A DNA stretch of 62,909 nt, filler included, from Octopus bimaculoides (GCF_001194135.2; 6 parts of 6 records of this genome joined end to end with filler, not necessarily neighbours in it); one strand, 5' to 3'. Numbered from the whole stretch's first letter, positions 41,994 to 53,364 are shown. Notes: a model not told the origin generated them from the letters alone. Program-made: numbers and translations.

Positions 41994-42317
41994 CCGTGGT
42001 TCTTAACCGGGGTCCGTATGGCACCTGGGACTCCACGCAAGCAAAATAGTAAGTTGGGGATCCGTAGTAGTTTATTAAGGATCCATGAAAAACATTTTGC
42101 CTTAGATGTATTTGTTCCTAGAAACAGCCAAGTTTCTTTCTGCAACGTTTTACGTAGTTCAACCTATACAAACGCATGCGCGATGAAAAAATAGGGATTT
42201 TGAAAGCAGCATTTATAAAACTAGTTTTTAAACATCGAATGGTAATAAGGGTCCACCTCAACAGCATAGTATTCAAAGGGGTCTATAGGCAAAAAAAAAA
42301 AAGCTTGAGGACCCCTG
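41994..42317. mobile_element. hAT/Charlie-type MITE
   Basis: Termini ccgtggttcttaacc ... gcttgaggacccctg resemble CAGTGGTTCTCAACC / GGTTGAGAACCCCTG inverted ends; non-coding interior. Confidence 0.6.
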
Positions 42318-42319
42318 TT

Positions 42320-42900
42320 TTAAACTCTTTAATCCTTTTGTTATTAAATTTCTGTTGAAATGCGCTGTCTTTGGTTTCAATTAATTTTTTAAAAATATGG
42401 AATTTTAAAAGATAAATTTACCATTAGCTGATGTTTGGAACAGAAATTCACATGACATTTTGATGGAAGGTTTTAATTTAGATTCCCTTAAGCATGTTGC
42501 CATATTTCTGTTGAGATACACTGACTTTTTAGTTTCAATCAATTTTGAAAATAACGAGTTGTTTACTAAAAAAATATCGTTGCTATTATTAAAGCTGATA
42601 TTTGGAACATAATTTAACATGAAATTTTGATGGAATATTTTAATTTGGATCAGTTTAGCCTTTTTTGTAACCATATTTCTGTTGAAATATACTAACTTTT
42701 CTATTTTCAAGTAATTTTGAAAACAATGAAAAATTTAATAAAATAAATTTATCATTAGCTGGTGTCTGGAACATAACATCGGAGTGTTTCCATTTTGAAG
42801 GAAACTTTTAATACGGACCACTTTAACTCTCTTGTTACCAAATTTCTGTTGAAACACGTTGCCTTTTCATTTTCAATTTATTTTGAAAATATTGAAGAAT
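42320..42900 (+). repeat. Degenerate tandem array of about 3.5 units of 156-171 bp
   Basis: Anchor TTTCTGTTGA at 42349, 42505, 42676 and 42843; attagctg/aaagctg...tggaaca recurs in each full unit. Confidence 0.85.
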
Positions 42901-43589
42901 ATAGTGAAATAATTTTGTCATTATGTTGTTTAGCACCAAAATTAGTCGTGCTACATCAGACCTGAGATGAAAGACATCTCTGTTGTGAATGTCTCAGCTT
43001 TTTATTACGACATAGGTTATATGTCACTACTTCAGCTAATGTATCCTTCTTTGTTGTCGCTGTCGCTTTTGTTGTTTATTCCCAGGTCATCCTTGACCGC
43101 ACAAACTTATGATCAGAAATATTTTAATGGTAACCATCTCGTTCTATATTTTAATTTGAATATCAGGGAATTACATTCCTCCCATGTTATGTCCTTTCTT
43201 TGCCAAGACCATTAGCTTTGAAGGAGTTTTGACTGCTTTCTTCAGCAGGTCGAGCAAAACAAACCATATTGAGGATCCCTCGTCGACTTATGCAACAGTC
43301 CCTTCCAGCTATAATTATTTTCATTTCTACCTCACCGTATGCGTAGTTCTATTTTTAATTAATAATTTCAGAATCCCCTCCCCTCCTTTTGCTTTCTCCA
43401 AATTACATTAACATTAGTCATTAAGTTTATGCTACCTTCACCTCACTTCAAAGGTAATTTTAATTAACTAGAAATATTTCGTTTATTACATTATGTTAAC
43501 ACTTACATCAACTAATTGTGTTTAGCGCTGACTAAGATGGCTGCCATCTGTTTTAGCTTAACCCAGTGCCGTATCCAAGGCCGACAACT

Positions 43590-43890
43590 CAACAAAAGCG
43601 GATTGTTATTATAAGTGCTGTAGTACTAGAAAAGCTGAAAGTTCAAAGACATCTATTGTCGCGAATCAAGTTCACAAAGCTATCATATTTTGGCCATACG
43701 ATGTGCCACAGGTCATTTCCCAGGACCATCCTTGAAAAGAAGTGTGAAGGGGAAAGGAGTAAAAGACTGTCAAAGGTATTTATGGATTAACTTGGCTTCC
43801 TGTATGCCTGCAGCTAACACAGAAGGAACAGGAGGGTCCGTCAATCTGATTCTCGGACACAGAGAGGGCATTCAGTTGATGATGGTTGAA
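43590..43890 (+). mobile_element. RTE-clade LINE 3' end
   Basis: VLEKLKVQRHLLSRIKFTKLSYFGHTMCHRSFPRTILEKKCEGERSKR matches the RTE C-terminal pattern YFGH..R....K.I.EG...G.R.RGRP. Confidence 0.75.
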
Positions 43891-44531
43891 TAACATAGCA
43901 AGTCATAGTTAAACACCGAAGTTTTCAGATCGGACAGTCAAACCTATACTTGATTGATATTTAAGCTCCCAGGTCAGTCAGACCTGGAAGAGTGTTTTAG
44001 CCATGACCATCCACTCTTTTAGTCAGTCGTTGTACAATTAGATCAACAAAATTTTGCGTGTTTCACCTCAATCGATAAGAAGAGGTTGTTGATCGTAATT
44101 TGGTTGTCGTTTCTAGCGGGGCGCAATTGAAACATCATAAGTCTGGGTTAGAAACTAAACAGCAACAATTTTTCTAGTGACGTTAATGGATGTAATAAAG
44201 AAAAAAGATAAAAGGACAGAGACATTCTAACGATCAAAGACATTCTAATGTTGACTCTTTTCGTTTTATATATTTGTACGTCAGGCAATCAGATTCACGT
44301 TTATATCGTGTCCTTCCTAAAAAACAAAACTTAACAATAAGTGGAGCATTAAACCATTTTATGCAGTCAACCATTACATTTTAATTAATCAATTAGCACT
44401 AAGCCATTAGTGACGAAGGAGATCAAATATTTATGTTATTGACTAATTCTGACAAAGAAATACAAGGGAGACAACTCTGGAAATTTAATTAATCAAAAAC
44501 AAAAAATGATGTGTCAGGCATGAAGGAAAAA

Positions 44532-44805
44532 GCAGGGGGCCCTAGTGGTCAGGGCTCTGTACTCACTATCGTAAGGTTGAGCGGTCGATTCTGGGACTAG
44601 ACGGTGCTTTGTGTTCTTGAGCAAAGCACTTCATTTCACGTTGCTCCAGTCCACTCAGCAGTAAATTAGTTCCAGCGAATGTTGACTCTGAGATGGATCG
44701 GCGTTCCATTCAGGATGGGATGCCGTGGTTTCAGGTTCCAGTCACTTATATGCTATGAAAACCGGGTTAACCTCCGACCTCATGAGTCGCAGGAATCACG
44801 ACAAG
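44532..44805 (+). mobile_element. SINE family D (left member of an inverted pair)
   Basis: ctagtggtcagg...gtcgattctggg...tcttgagcaaagcacttcatttcacgttgctccagtccactcagc. Confidence 0.85.
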
Positions 44806-44854
44806 CTTAAGTATGAGTCTTAAATACATTCTGGTTAGTCCACATTACTTCGTA

Positions 44855-45097
44855 AGGAGCACTGGAGCGCTTTCCCGGTTTCCCGGTTTCCCGGTTTCCC
44901 CGGCCTACATATATTCCTCCCTGGACGGGACACCAGTCCGTCGCCAGATTACTAATTTTTACCAGCTGAGTAGACTGGAGTCACGTGAAATGAAGTCTTT
45001 TGCTCAAGAAGCCAACACATTGCCCGGTTAAGGAATCGAAACCACAATCTTACGATCATCAGTCCAACACTCTAACTACCGAGTCATGCATCTCCAC
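44855..45097 (-). mobile_element. SINE family D with V-like tail (right member of the pair); contains (TTTCCCGG)n
   Basis: Reverse complement matches 44615-44659 at 40/45 nt; B-box ggtttcgattcc. Confidence 0.85.
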
Positions 45098-45336
45098 TTA
45101 AGTGCATGTTCGTGAGATAAAAATGTCAGGATGGATGGGAGGCAGTTCCTATAGCGATCCTTTTACGGGGGTGGGGGGCAAGCCTGGTGTGAGGTAATCA
45201 CGGGGAATTTATTCTTTAACCTGGTTGGATTCGAAAAAGACCGGACTCCGCTAAAGACACCCAAAGTATCAGGTGGTGGCGTGGAACCAGAATAATGAAT
45301 CGTGTGGGAAGAGAAGCTTGTTGGCAATTGACGTAC

Positions 45337-45462
45337 CGTACGTTGCTGAGTTTCCCGGATTCCATCGAAAGAGTTTGTGCATCGCTTATTTCCTCTTTGT
45401 TGGTGATATCTGTCTCACTTGAGACGCTCATTCGTATGTACGACGTGGTCTGGCATTTAGGC
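45337..45462 (-). CDS. NOS: NOS exon: autoinhibitory loop of the FMN domain
   Basis: tgttgtacgtttcag|G CCT AAA ... AAC GTA CG|gtacgt gives PKCQTTSYIRMSVSSETDITNKEEISDAQTLSMESGKLSNV(R). 126 nt, phases 2/2; equivalent to nNOS SYKVRFNSVSS...GPLANVR. Confidence 0.92.
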
Positions 45463-45561
45463 CTGAAACGTACAACAGTAGTATTTAATAAGAAGTGGCG
45501 GGTTATAGGAGTTGAAGGAGTTGAGTGGTAGGGGACACAAACACACACACACACACACACG

Positions 45562-45602
<41 letters not shown>

Positions 45603-45882
45603 ACAGAGCTAATAGTGAGGGATTATCAATCCGGGCAAAATACTTCATAAGCTCTCTCTCTCTCTGTTGGTACACCAGGCTAACAATATTATTTAGATTT
45701 GTGAAAAACTCTAGGTATTCTTCTGGCAGGGTCTAATGTTATGGTTCATCACAATTCTATATTGTAAATCCGTGGATGGGCTCCAGAAAAACTGGTGTTT
45801 GCACAGATAGGCAAACAACAAATTAAAAATAACTTGGTCCAATAAAGGAAAAATATGTAACGACCATTATAGTTAACTTGTT

Positions 45883-45917
<35 letters not shown>

Positions 45918-46103
45918 GTGTGTGTGTGTGTGTGAGTGTGTGTGTGTGCATAGTGTAGGCGTAATGGCCCAATGGTTAGGGCAGTGGGCTCGCGGTCATA
46001 GGATCGTGGTTTCGATTCCCAGACTGAGCTGACTGTATGATGATGATCTATGCGCAGCTCTAACACATACAGTAGTAGTCATACATCTAACTGTATACAC
46101 AAG

Positions 46104-46152
<49 letters not shown>

Positions 46153-46283
46153 TATGTGTGTGCTGTATAAGAACTCCGAGACTTTATGCGCCACTTCCAG
46201 CACCCAGCAGCATGTCCTGACACCCGCCCATTACATACACACTCATAAATATTTATGTCTGTGCGTGTATGTATATATATGTT

Positions 46284-46319
<36 letters not shown>

Positions 46320-46700
46320 TGTATGTATTTGTAAATATATATATATATGTTTATGTATATGTGTGTATGTTTATATATATGTACATGTATGTATATATTT
46401 GTAAATAGGAAGGAATTACTGCAAACGTTTACCGGTTTGCTCTCGGGTATTCAAAATAGGTTATTCAACAGTTAATATATAAATCCAATAATATTAATCA
46501 TAAGATAAGAATTTAGTGGTATATTCCGTTGGATAATTCTGGAGATATTATCTGAACCATGTGATATGTATATGTCTGTCTGTTTGTATGTCTGTCTGTA
46601 TGTCTGTCTGTCTGTCTGTCTGTATGTATGTATGTATGTATGTATGTATGTATGTATGTATGTATGTATCTATCTGTCTGTCTATCTATCTATTTGTATA

Positions 46701-46759
<59 letters not shown>

Positions 46760-46920
46760 GTAAAATATGCATTTAAAATTATTAACAAGAAATATAGAGA
46801 AGATAAAGAGTAAGTTAGAGTGAAATAGAGAGGGAGAGAGGGAAAAATAGATGGAGAGAGAGAGAGAGTGTGTGTGAGAGAGTGAGAGAGAGAGAGAAAA
46901 ATTCCTGTAATTCTACTTAC

Positions 46921-46970
46921 TCGGAGGCAGCCATTTGGGATTTCATCTCATAGAGGGCGTTAGCGAAGGA
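46921..46970 (-). CDS. NOS: NOS 50-nt exon: helix before the autoinhibitory loop (not in the ORF track)
   Basis: cctttatctttttcag|TCCTTCGCTAACGCCCTCTATGAGATGAAATCCCAAATGGCTGCCTCCGA|gtaagt gives SFANALYEMKSQMAAS(E). Phases 0/2 fit both neighbours; equivalent to nNOS KFGCALMEMR. Confidence 0.92.
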
Positions 46971-47117
46971 CTGAAAAAGATAAAGGTAACAGACAAGTTA
47001 CTTAAACACACGTACGCCATCACCATCGTCGTCGTCGTCATCGTCGTTGTCGTCATCATCATCATAAAACACAACAACAACTTCATCAACATTACCAGCA
47101 TCATCAGTAATACTTAC

Positions 47118-47222
47118 CCAACCATTTTCAGGAGGGTCACCGTTTCCAAAAGTACTTGTTACCATGAGAACGAGAGCTTCATGCTCCAAATCGGTTATGT
47201 CATAATCTTCCATACACATCAT
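47118..47222 (-). CDS. NOS: NOS exon: FMN domain
   Basis: [35 protein letters not shown]. Acceptor ttctttctctcaacag, donor gtaagt, 105 nt, phases 0/0. Contains the NOS signature [13 protein letters not shown]. Confidence 0.97.
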
Positions 47223-47464
47223 CTGTTGAGAGAAAGAAGTGGGAGAGCGTTACTGCGGAGCTGAGGCTGTTGTATGACAAGAGATGAGAAAGAGTTAAGG
47301 AGGAGTTGAGGTAGAGGCTAAGGCATTCCTGACCCAGATTTGCGAAAGATTTAAGACGGAAGTGGACCGGCTGAGACACGTCTGTAGTAGCGAAGCTGTG
47401 GCTTGTCAGTGAAGAGGAGCAGCGGTTCGCCCTAGAGAAACTCCTTGGTTTCTGCATTTCTGGG

Positions 47465-47745
47465 ACTCCGGTCAATTACGACAAGGGTCCTAATTGATCC
47501 GATCAACAGAACTGCCTGCACGTGAAATCAACGTGCAAGTGGCTGAGCACTCCACAGACACGCGTAACCTTAATGTAGTGTTCAGGAAGATCCAGCACCA
47601 CACAGAATGTGTAAAGGATGGCCCTTTTGAATTACAGGAGGTACAATTGATTTTTGCCAGCCGAGCAAGCTGGAGCAAGGGGTATCGAACTCACGACCTT
47701 ACAGTCGGGAACCAAACACCCTAACCACTCAGCCACGTGCCTTCA
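47465..47745 (-). mobile_element. Chimeric SINE (D-type head and body, C-type tail) inside a NOS intron
   Basis: Head gaaggcacgtggctgagtggttagg...gttcgataccc, body ttgctccagc...gctggcaaaaat, tail gtgtctgtggagtgctcagccacttgcacgt shared with 59790-59820. Confidence 0.85.
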
Positions 47746-48012
47746 TTCGATTTGTGATCTACGCACCCTGTCGTGTAACGTTGCTCCAGATATCTCCTGA
47801 AGAAACTCCACATTAAGCTGCTTGTATTCCCGATCGTCATCTTTCGGTTATTATAAACCATTCATTATTTATGTTTAAAAACGCATGAATATAAAGATCT
47901 TTTCCAACATTTATCCTGCTCCACCCTTTCCCCTAATTCTTAATTTAAAAGTAAGGCCCCCCCCCACTCTACCCCGTGTTCTTTTGCGTAAAGAAAGAAA
48001 CCTATTACATAC

Positions 48013-48157
48013 CTTAGCGTCAAACGCATGTTTAAAAATTTCGCAAAGTGTTTTAGCAAATCGTTCAGATTTTCCAGTCTCGGTGCCATACATGATTGTG
48101 CATTTGACTCGTCGTGCCAGAGCTTTCCCCATTAATTTGGCTGAGAACTTGACGGCT
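48013..48157 (-). CDS. NOS: Nitric oxide synthase exon: C-terminal half of the CaM-binding helix and start of the FMN domain
   Basis: Translates (R)[48 protein letters not shown]. Acceptor tattacag at 48158, donor gtatgt at 48012, 145 nt, phases 2/0. Closely matches the nNOS segment [30 protein letters not shown]...[11 protein letters not shown]. Confidence 0.97.
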
Positions 48158-48254
48158 CTGTAATATACAAAGAATAAAAACGATATGCCTACGTACATAT
48201 ATTTAGAGAAATATATAGAAATATGTATATGTATAAATATATATATGTATAAAT

Positions 48255-48297
<43 letters not shown>

Positions 48298-49004
48298 NNN
48301 NNNNNNNNNNNNNNNNNNNNNNNNNNNNNNNNNNNNNNNNNNNNNNNNNNNNNNNNNNNNNNNNNNNNNNNNNNNNNNNNNNNNNNNNNNNNNNNNNNNN
48401 NNNNNNNNNNNNNNNNNNNNNNNNNNNNNNNNNNNNNNNNNNNNNNNNNNNNNNNNNNNNNNNNNNNNNNNNNNNNNNNNNNNNNNNNNNNNNNNNNNNN
48501 NNNNNNNNNNNNNNNNNNNNNNNNNNNNNNNNNNNNNNNNNNNNNNNNNNNNNNNNNNNNNNNNNNNNNNNNNNNNNNNNNNNNNNNNNNNNNNNNNNNN
48601 NNNNNNNNNNNNNNNNNNNNNNNNNNNNNNNNNNNNNNNNNNNNNNNNNNNNNNNNNNNNNNNNNNNNNNNNNNNNNNNNNNNNNNNNNNNNNNNNNNNN
48701 NNNNNNNNNNNNNNNNNNNNNNNNNNNNNNNNNNNNNNNNNNNNNNNNNNNNNNNNNNNNNNNNNNNNNNNNNNNNNNNNNNNNNNNACGTACATATCTA
48801 TATATATATGTGTGTGTGCGTGTGTGTGTGTGTGTACAAGTATACAAGTATACTTGCACTTGACAATGAATAGTATGGAGGTACGAGGCACTGGTATCAC
48901 ATTGCAGCTGCGGTCCTTTAGAAGGCTGACGTAAAATCTGGATCAGAGTATCATTCACAAAGCCGGGACTGTGATGCTGTTGATGTTAGCAACACGTACA
49001 GGTG

Positions 49005-49045
<41 letters not shown>

Positions 49046-49213
49046 GCACATACACACACACACACGCACACGCACAAGAAGACGCTGGGTCACACATACA
49101 AACACGAAATTGTCTCGGTTGTACAACGATCGGAGTGAAGACTACTCTAATAATTAGTATTAGTAAAGATTCACAAACGACGAACGCGCGACAAGTATCT
49201 ATTACAAAAGAAC

Positions 49214-49490
49214 TATACAAATACATATATATATATATACATATATACAAATACATATATATATATACATATATACAAATACATATATATATATACATAT
49301 ATACAAATACATATATATATATACATATATACAAATACATNNNNNNNNNNNNNNNNNNNNNNNNNNNNNNNNNNNNNNNNNNNNNNNNNNNNNNNNCATA
49401 TATATATATATACATATATACAAATACATATATATATATACATATATACAAATACATATATATATATACATATATACAAATACATATATA
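49214..49490. repeat. 28-bp minisatellite (ATACAAATACATATATATATATACATAT)n
   Basis: CAAAT anchors at 49248, 49276, 49304 and 49332; continues after the gap. Confidence 0.9.
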
Positions 49491-49510
49491 TAGTTTGTTA
49501 ATGAAGCTGT

Positions 49511-49580
49511 AAAGACATCACAAAAACTGTTACTCAGAGTTTCACCTTCCTGTTCATTGGACAGTTTTTGTGATGTTTTT
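49511..49580 (-). ncRNA. Degenerate type I hammerhead-like hairpin with a 16-bp stem I
   Basis: On minus: ACATCACAAAAACTGT-CCAATGA-ACA(GGAA)GGT-GAAA-CTCTGAG-TA-ACAGTTTTTGTGATGT. Core deviates from CUGANGA at two positions. Confidence 0.5.
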
Positions 49581-50526
49581 GAAGTTTTATTAATAAATCA
49601 TATTACTCTACCTCTGGTATTCGAGTACTATTCATTCCACCTTGTTTNNNNNNNNNNNNNNNNNNNNNNNNNNNNNNNNNNNNNNNNNNNNTTAATTAAT
49701 TAANNNNNNNNNNNNNNNNNNNNNNNNNNNNNNNNNNNNNNNNNNNNAAATCGTCCACTGGTATTGCACCTTCAAAGGCATCTGAAACAAGAAATTCACT
49801 TACTTGAAAAAACAAGAAAGGGTTAGCAACAGGAAGAGCATCCAACTGTAAAACAAGGCCCTGTTGATATACTCACCTAACCCATACTAGCATGGTAAAA
49901 ACAGAAGAGACATAAAACATACACAAACATGTGATGTGCAGGTGATTAGGCTTAGAGCATACATCATCGTTTTCAAATTTATTTCCTTATTTTTCATTAG
50001 AAAACACTCCCCAGTGTGATTTCCAACTTTAACTAAAATTCTTGAGTTGTATTTTCCTTGTTTCATTATTCCTTTATACATCTATATTTAGTGGTATATA
50101 ACATCAGACATTAATTGTATACACATACACACACATCAAACTTATTTGTGTGTGTATATGTATAGATATAGATATGTGTGTGTATGCGCATATGTATGTA
50201 TATCAAGGTATGTGTATATGTGTATAAATATATATATATATATATATACATATATATTTATATGTATATATGTGTGTGTATGTATATGTTTGTATATATA
50301 TATATATGTTTGTATGTATATATGTGTGTGTATGTATGGTTGTATATATATGTGTGTGTGTGTGTGTGTGTATGTATATATATGTTTGTATATATATATA
50401 TATATATATGTGTATGTGTGTATGTATATATGCATGTGTGCATATATATGTGTATATGTGTATATACACATGAGCATTTGTACGTGTATGTGTATGTGTG
50501 TCTGCGCATATGTATGTATATTAATG

Positions 50527-50583
<57 letters not shown>

Positions 50584-51121
50584 ATACGCGTGTGTGTGTA
50601 TGTGTATATATGTGTGTCTGCATAATGTGTGTATGTAATAATATACATTTCATATGTCTCAGGTGGTTGAATGTTGTATACCATACCTGTTGGCATTGTT
50701 GCATGGTTCCTTTTTCTTTTTTCTTTTCCTCTCTTGCATAATACTTACCACAACTAAACCAACACTTCTATATAACATGTTTGCATGTATGTATAAGTCT
50801 ATATATATATATATAATGTGTGTATGTGTGCATTTATATGTATTTACATGTATCAATGAATATATGCCTGTGTTCACACACACACACACAGATAGACACT
50901 CTTTCAACAAAGTCTGCAACAGCACCTTTGTGGCATAACGATTCTCACACAGATATTGCATTAAGATTTTAGCTCAAAATATTTTCCTTTTTTTTTTTCT
51001 TTTTTCTTTTTCATTTTTACTTTTGTGTTTTTTGGGCTTGGCAACAAATGATATAAACCCATGCAGAAGACACTATTGTTACCGTTTAGTTAGATAATAC
51101 GTCAGAACATAGATTTTGTGA

Positions 51122-52815
51122 TTGATGTTGTATAAAGATATTGTGAGCAATGTATAATGATGGTGAGTGATGACATATAAAGATTTGAGTGATAGAGTAT
51201 AAAGATATTGTGAGCGATGTATAATGATGGTGGNNNNNNNNNNNNNNNNNNNNNNNNNNNNNNNNNNNNNNNNNNNNNNNNNNNNNNNNNNNNNNNNNNN
51301 NNNNNNNNNNNNNNNNNNNNNNNNNNNNNNNNNNNNNNNNNNNNNNNNNNNNNNNNNNNNNNNNNNNNNNNNNNNNNNNNNNNNNNNNNNNNNNNNNNNN
51401 NNNNNNNNNNNNNNNNNNNNNNNNNNNNNNNNNNNNNNNNNNNNNNNNNNNNNNNNNNNNNNNNNNNNNNNNNNNNNNNNNNNNNNNNNNNNNNNNNNNN
51501 NNNNNNNNNNNNNNNNNNNNNNNNNNNNNNNNNNNNNNNNNNNNNNNNNNNNNNNNNNNNNNNNNNNNNNNNNNNNNNNNNNNNNNNNNNNNNNNNNNNN
51601 NNNNNNNNNNNNNNNNNNNNNNNNNNNNNNNNNNNNNNNNNNNNNNNNNNNNNNNNNNNNNNNNNNNNNNNNNNNNNNNNNNNNNNNNNNNNNNNNNNNN
51701 NNNNNNNNNNNNNNNNNNNNNNNNNNNNNNNNNNNNNNNNNNNNNNNNNNNNNNNNNNNNNNNNNNNNNNNNNNNNNNNNNNGATAGAGTATAAAGATAT
51801 TGTGAGCAATGTATAATGATGGTGAGTGATGACATATAAAGATTTGAGTGATAGAGTATAAAGATATTGTGAGCGATGTATAATGATGGTGGGTGATGAC
51901 ATATAAAGATTTGAGTGATAGAGTATAAAGATATTGTGAGCAATGTATAATGATGGTGAGTGATGACATATAAAGATTTGAGTGATAGAGTATAAAGATA
52001 TTGTGAGCGATGTATAATGATGGTGAGTGATGACATATAAAGATTTGAGTGATAGAGTATAAAGATATTGTGAGCGATGTATAATGATGGTAAGTGATGG
52101 CGTATAAAGATATTGTGAGCAATGTATAATGATGGTGAGTGATGGCGTATAAAGATTTGAGTGATAGAGTGTAAAGATATTGTGAGCAATGTATAATGAT
52201 GGTGAGTGATAAAGTATAAAGATATTGTGAGCGATGTATAATGATGGTGAGTGATGACATATAAAGATTTGAGTGATAGAGTATAAAGATATTGTGAGTC
52301 ATGTATAATGATGGTGAGTGATGGCGTATAAAGATTTGAATGATAGAGTGTAAAGATATTGTGAGCAATGTATAATGATGGTGAGTGATGGCATGTAAAG
52401 ATTTGAGTGATAGTGTAAAGATATTGGGAGCAATGTATAATGATGTTGAGTGATGGCATATAAAGATTTGAGTGATAGAGTGCAAAGATATTGTGAGTGA
52501 TGTATAAGGATGTGAGTGATGGTGTATAAAGATGTGAGTGCTGGAGTAGAAAGTTGGTGCATGATGGTACATAGACACGTTGTGAGTGATGGAGTATAAA
52601 GATATTGTTGTTGGAGTATAAAGATGTGAGCGATGCTATATAAAGGTACTGTGAGTAATGGAGTATAATGATATTGTGAGTGATGGAATATAAAGGTATT
52701 CTGAGTGATGGAGTATAAAGATGTTATTGGTGGAGTATAAAGACATTGTGAGTGACATATAAAGATTTGAGTGATGGAGTATAATGATATTGTGAATGAT
52801 GAAGTATAAAAATAT
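51122..52815. repeat. 67-bp higher-order minisatellite built from 20-25 bp monomers
   Basis: GATAGAGTATAAAG anchors at 51783, 51850, 51917 and 51984; spans the gap at 51234-51782 and decays to monomers after about 52500. Confidence 0.95.
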
Positions 52816-53329
52816 TGGAAGTGAGATATCAAGTTTGTTAATAAATACAAACTTTTTTTTTCAACATAATTGAATTCCAATGAAAACTATTCAAGACATC
52901 AGTCAATTTAATTTTAATTTAAGACTTCAATCAGTCCAACAGCTTCCATTGTTTTATTTTGTACATCAGTTAATCAGCAAACGTTATTGTCTGATGGTGA
53001 CTAACTGTGAACTAACTATAGCAGAAACTAGCTTGGCATCACTGCTACTATTTGGTCAATGCTGACACCGAAGATTCTTGCAGATGAAGCAATGGTTTGG
53101 GGGTTTTCAAAGACAGACTGTTGTGGATATCCATTGATGTAGTTCAGCCAATCTCAGCTTCTTAATCTCTTGATCAGACATTGGTCAATTCTCTTTACTC
53201 ACAGCAGTGCACTCCGCTTCCTCATGAATATTTACAAATAGGTGTAGGCTTCTTGGTGTGTGGCTGACAACCTTGTTTTGTAACCACATGGTTTTGAGGA
53301 CAGCCCCACTACACAACACCTTAGGCTTG

Positions 53330-53364
<35 letters not shown>

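Noticed and set aside
50678-50730. Basic peptide [14 protein letters not shown] ending at a phase-2 GT donor, as a candidate upstream NOS CaM exon
   Set aside because: It lacks the expected W...GF(K/R)E(L/V)A pattern; the lysines come from an A-rich run.
51079-52880. 457-499 aa minus-strand ORFs in the minisatellite
   Set aside because: The C-poor plus strand leaves few stops on minus, the 67-bp unit is not a multiple of 3, and the ORFs cross a gap.
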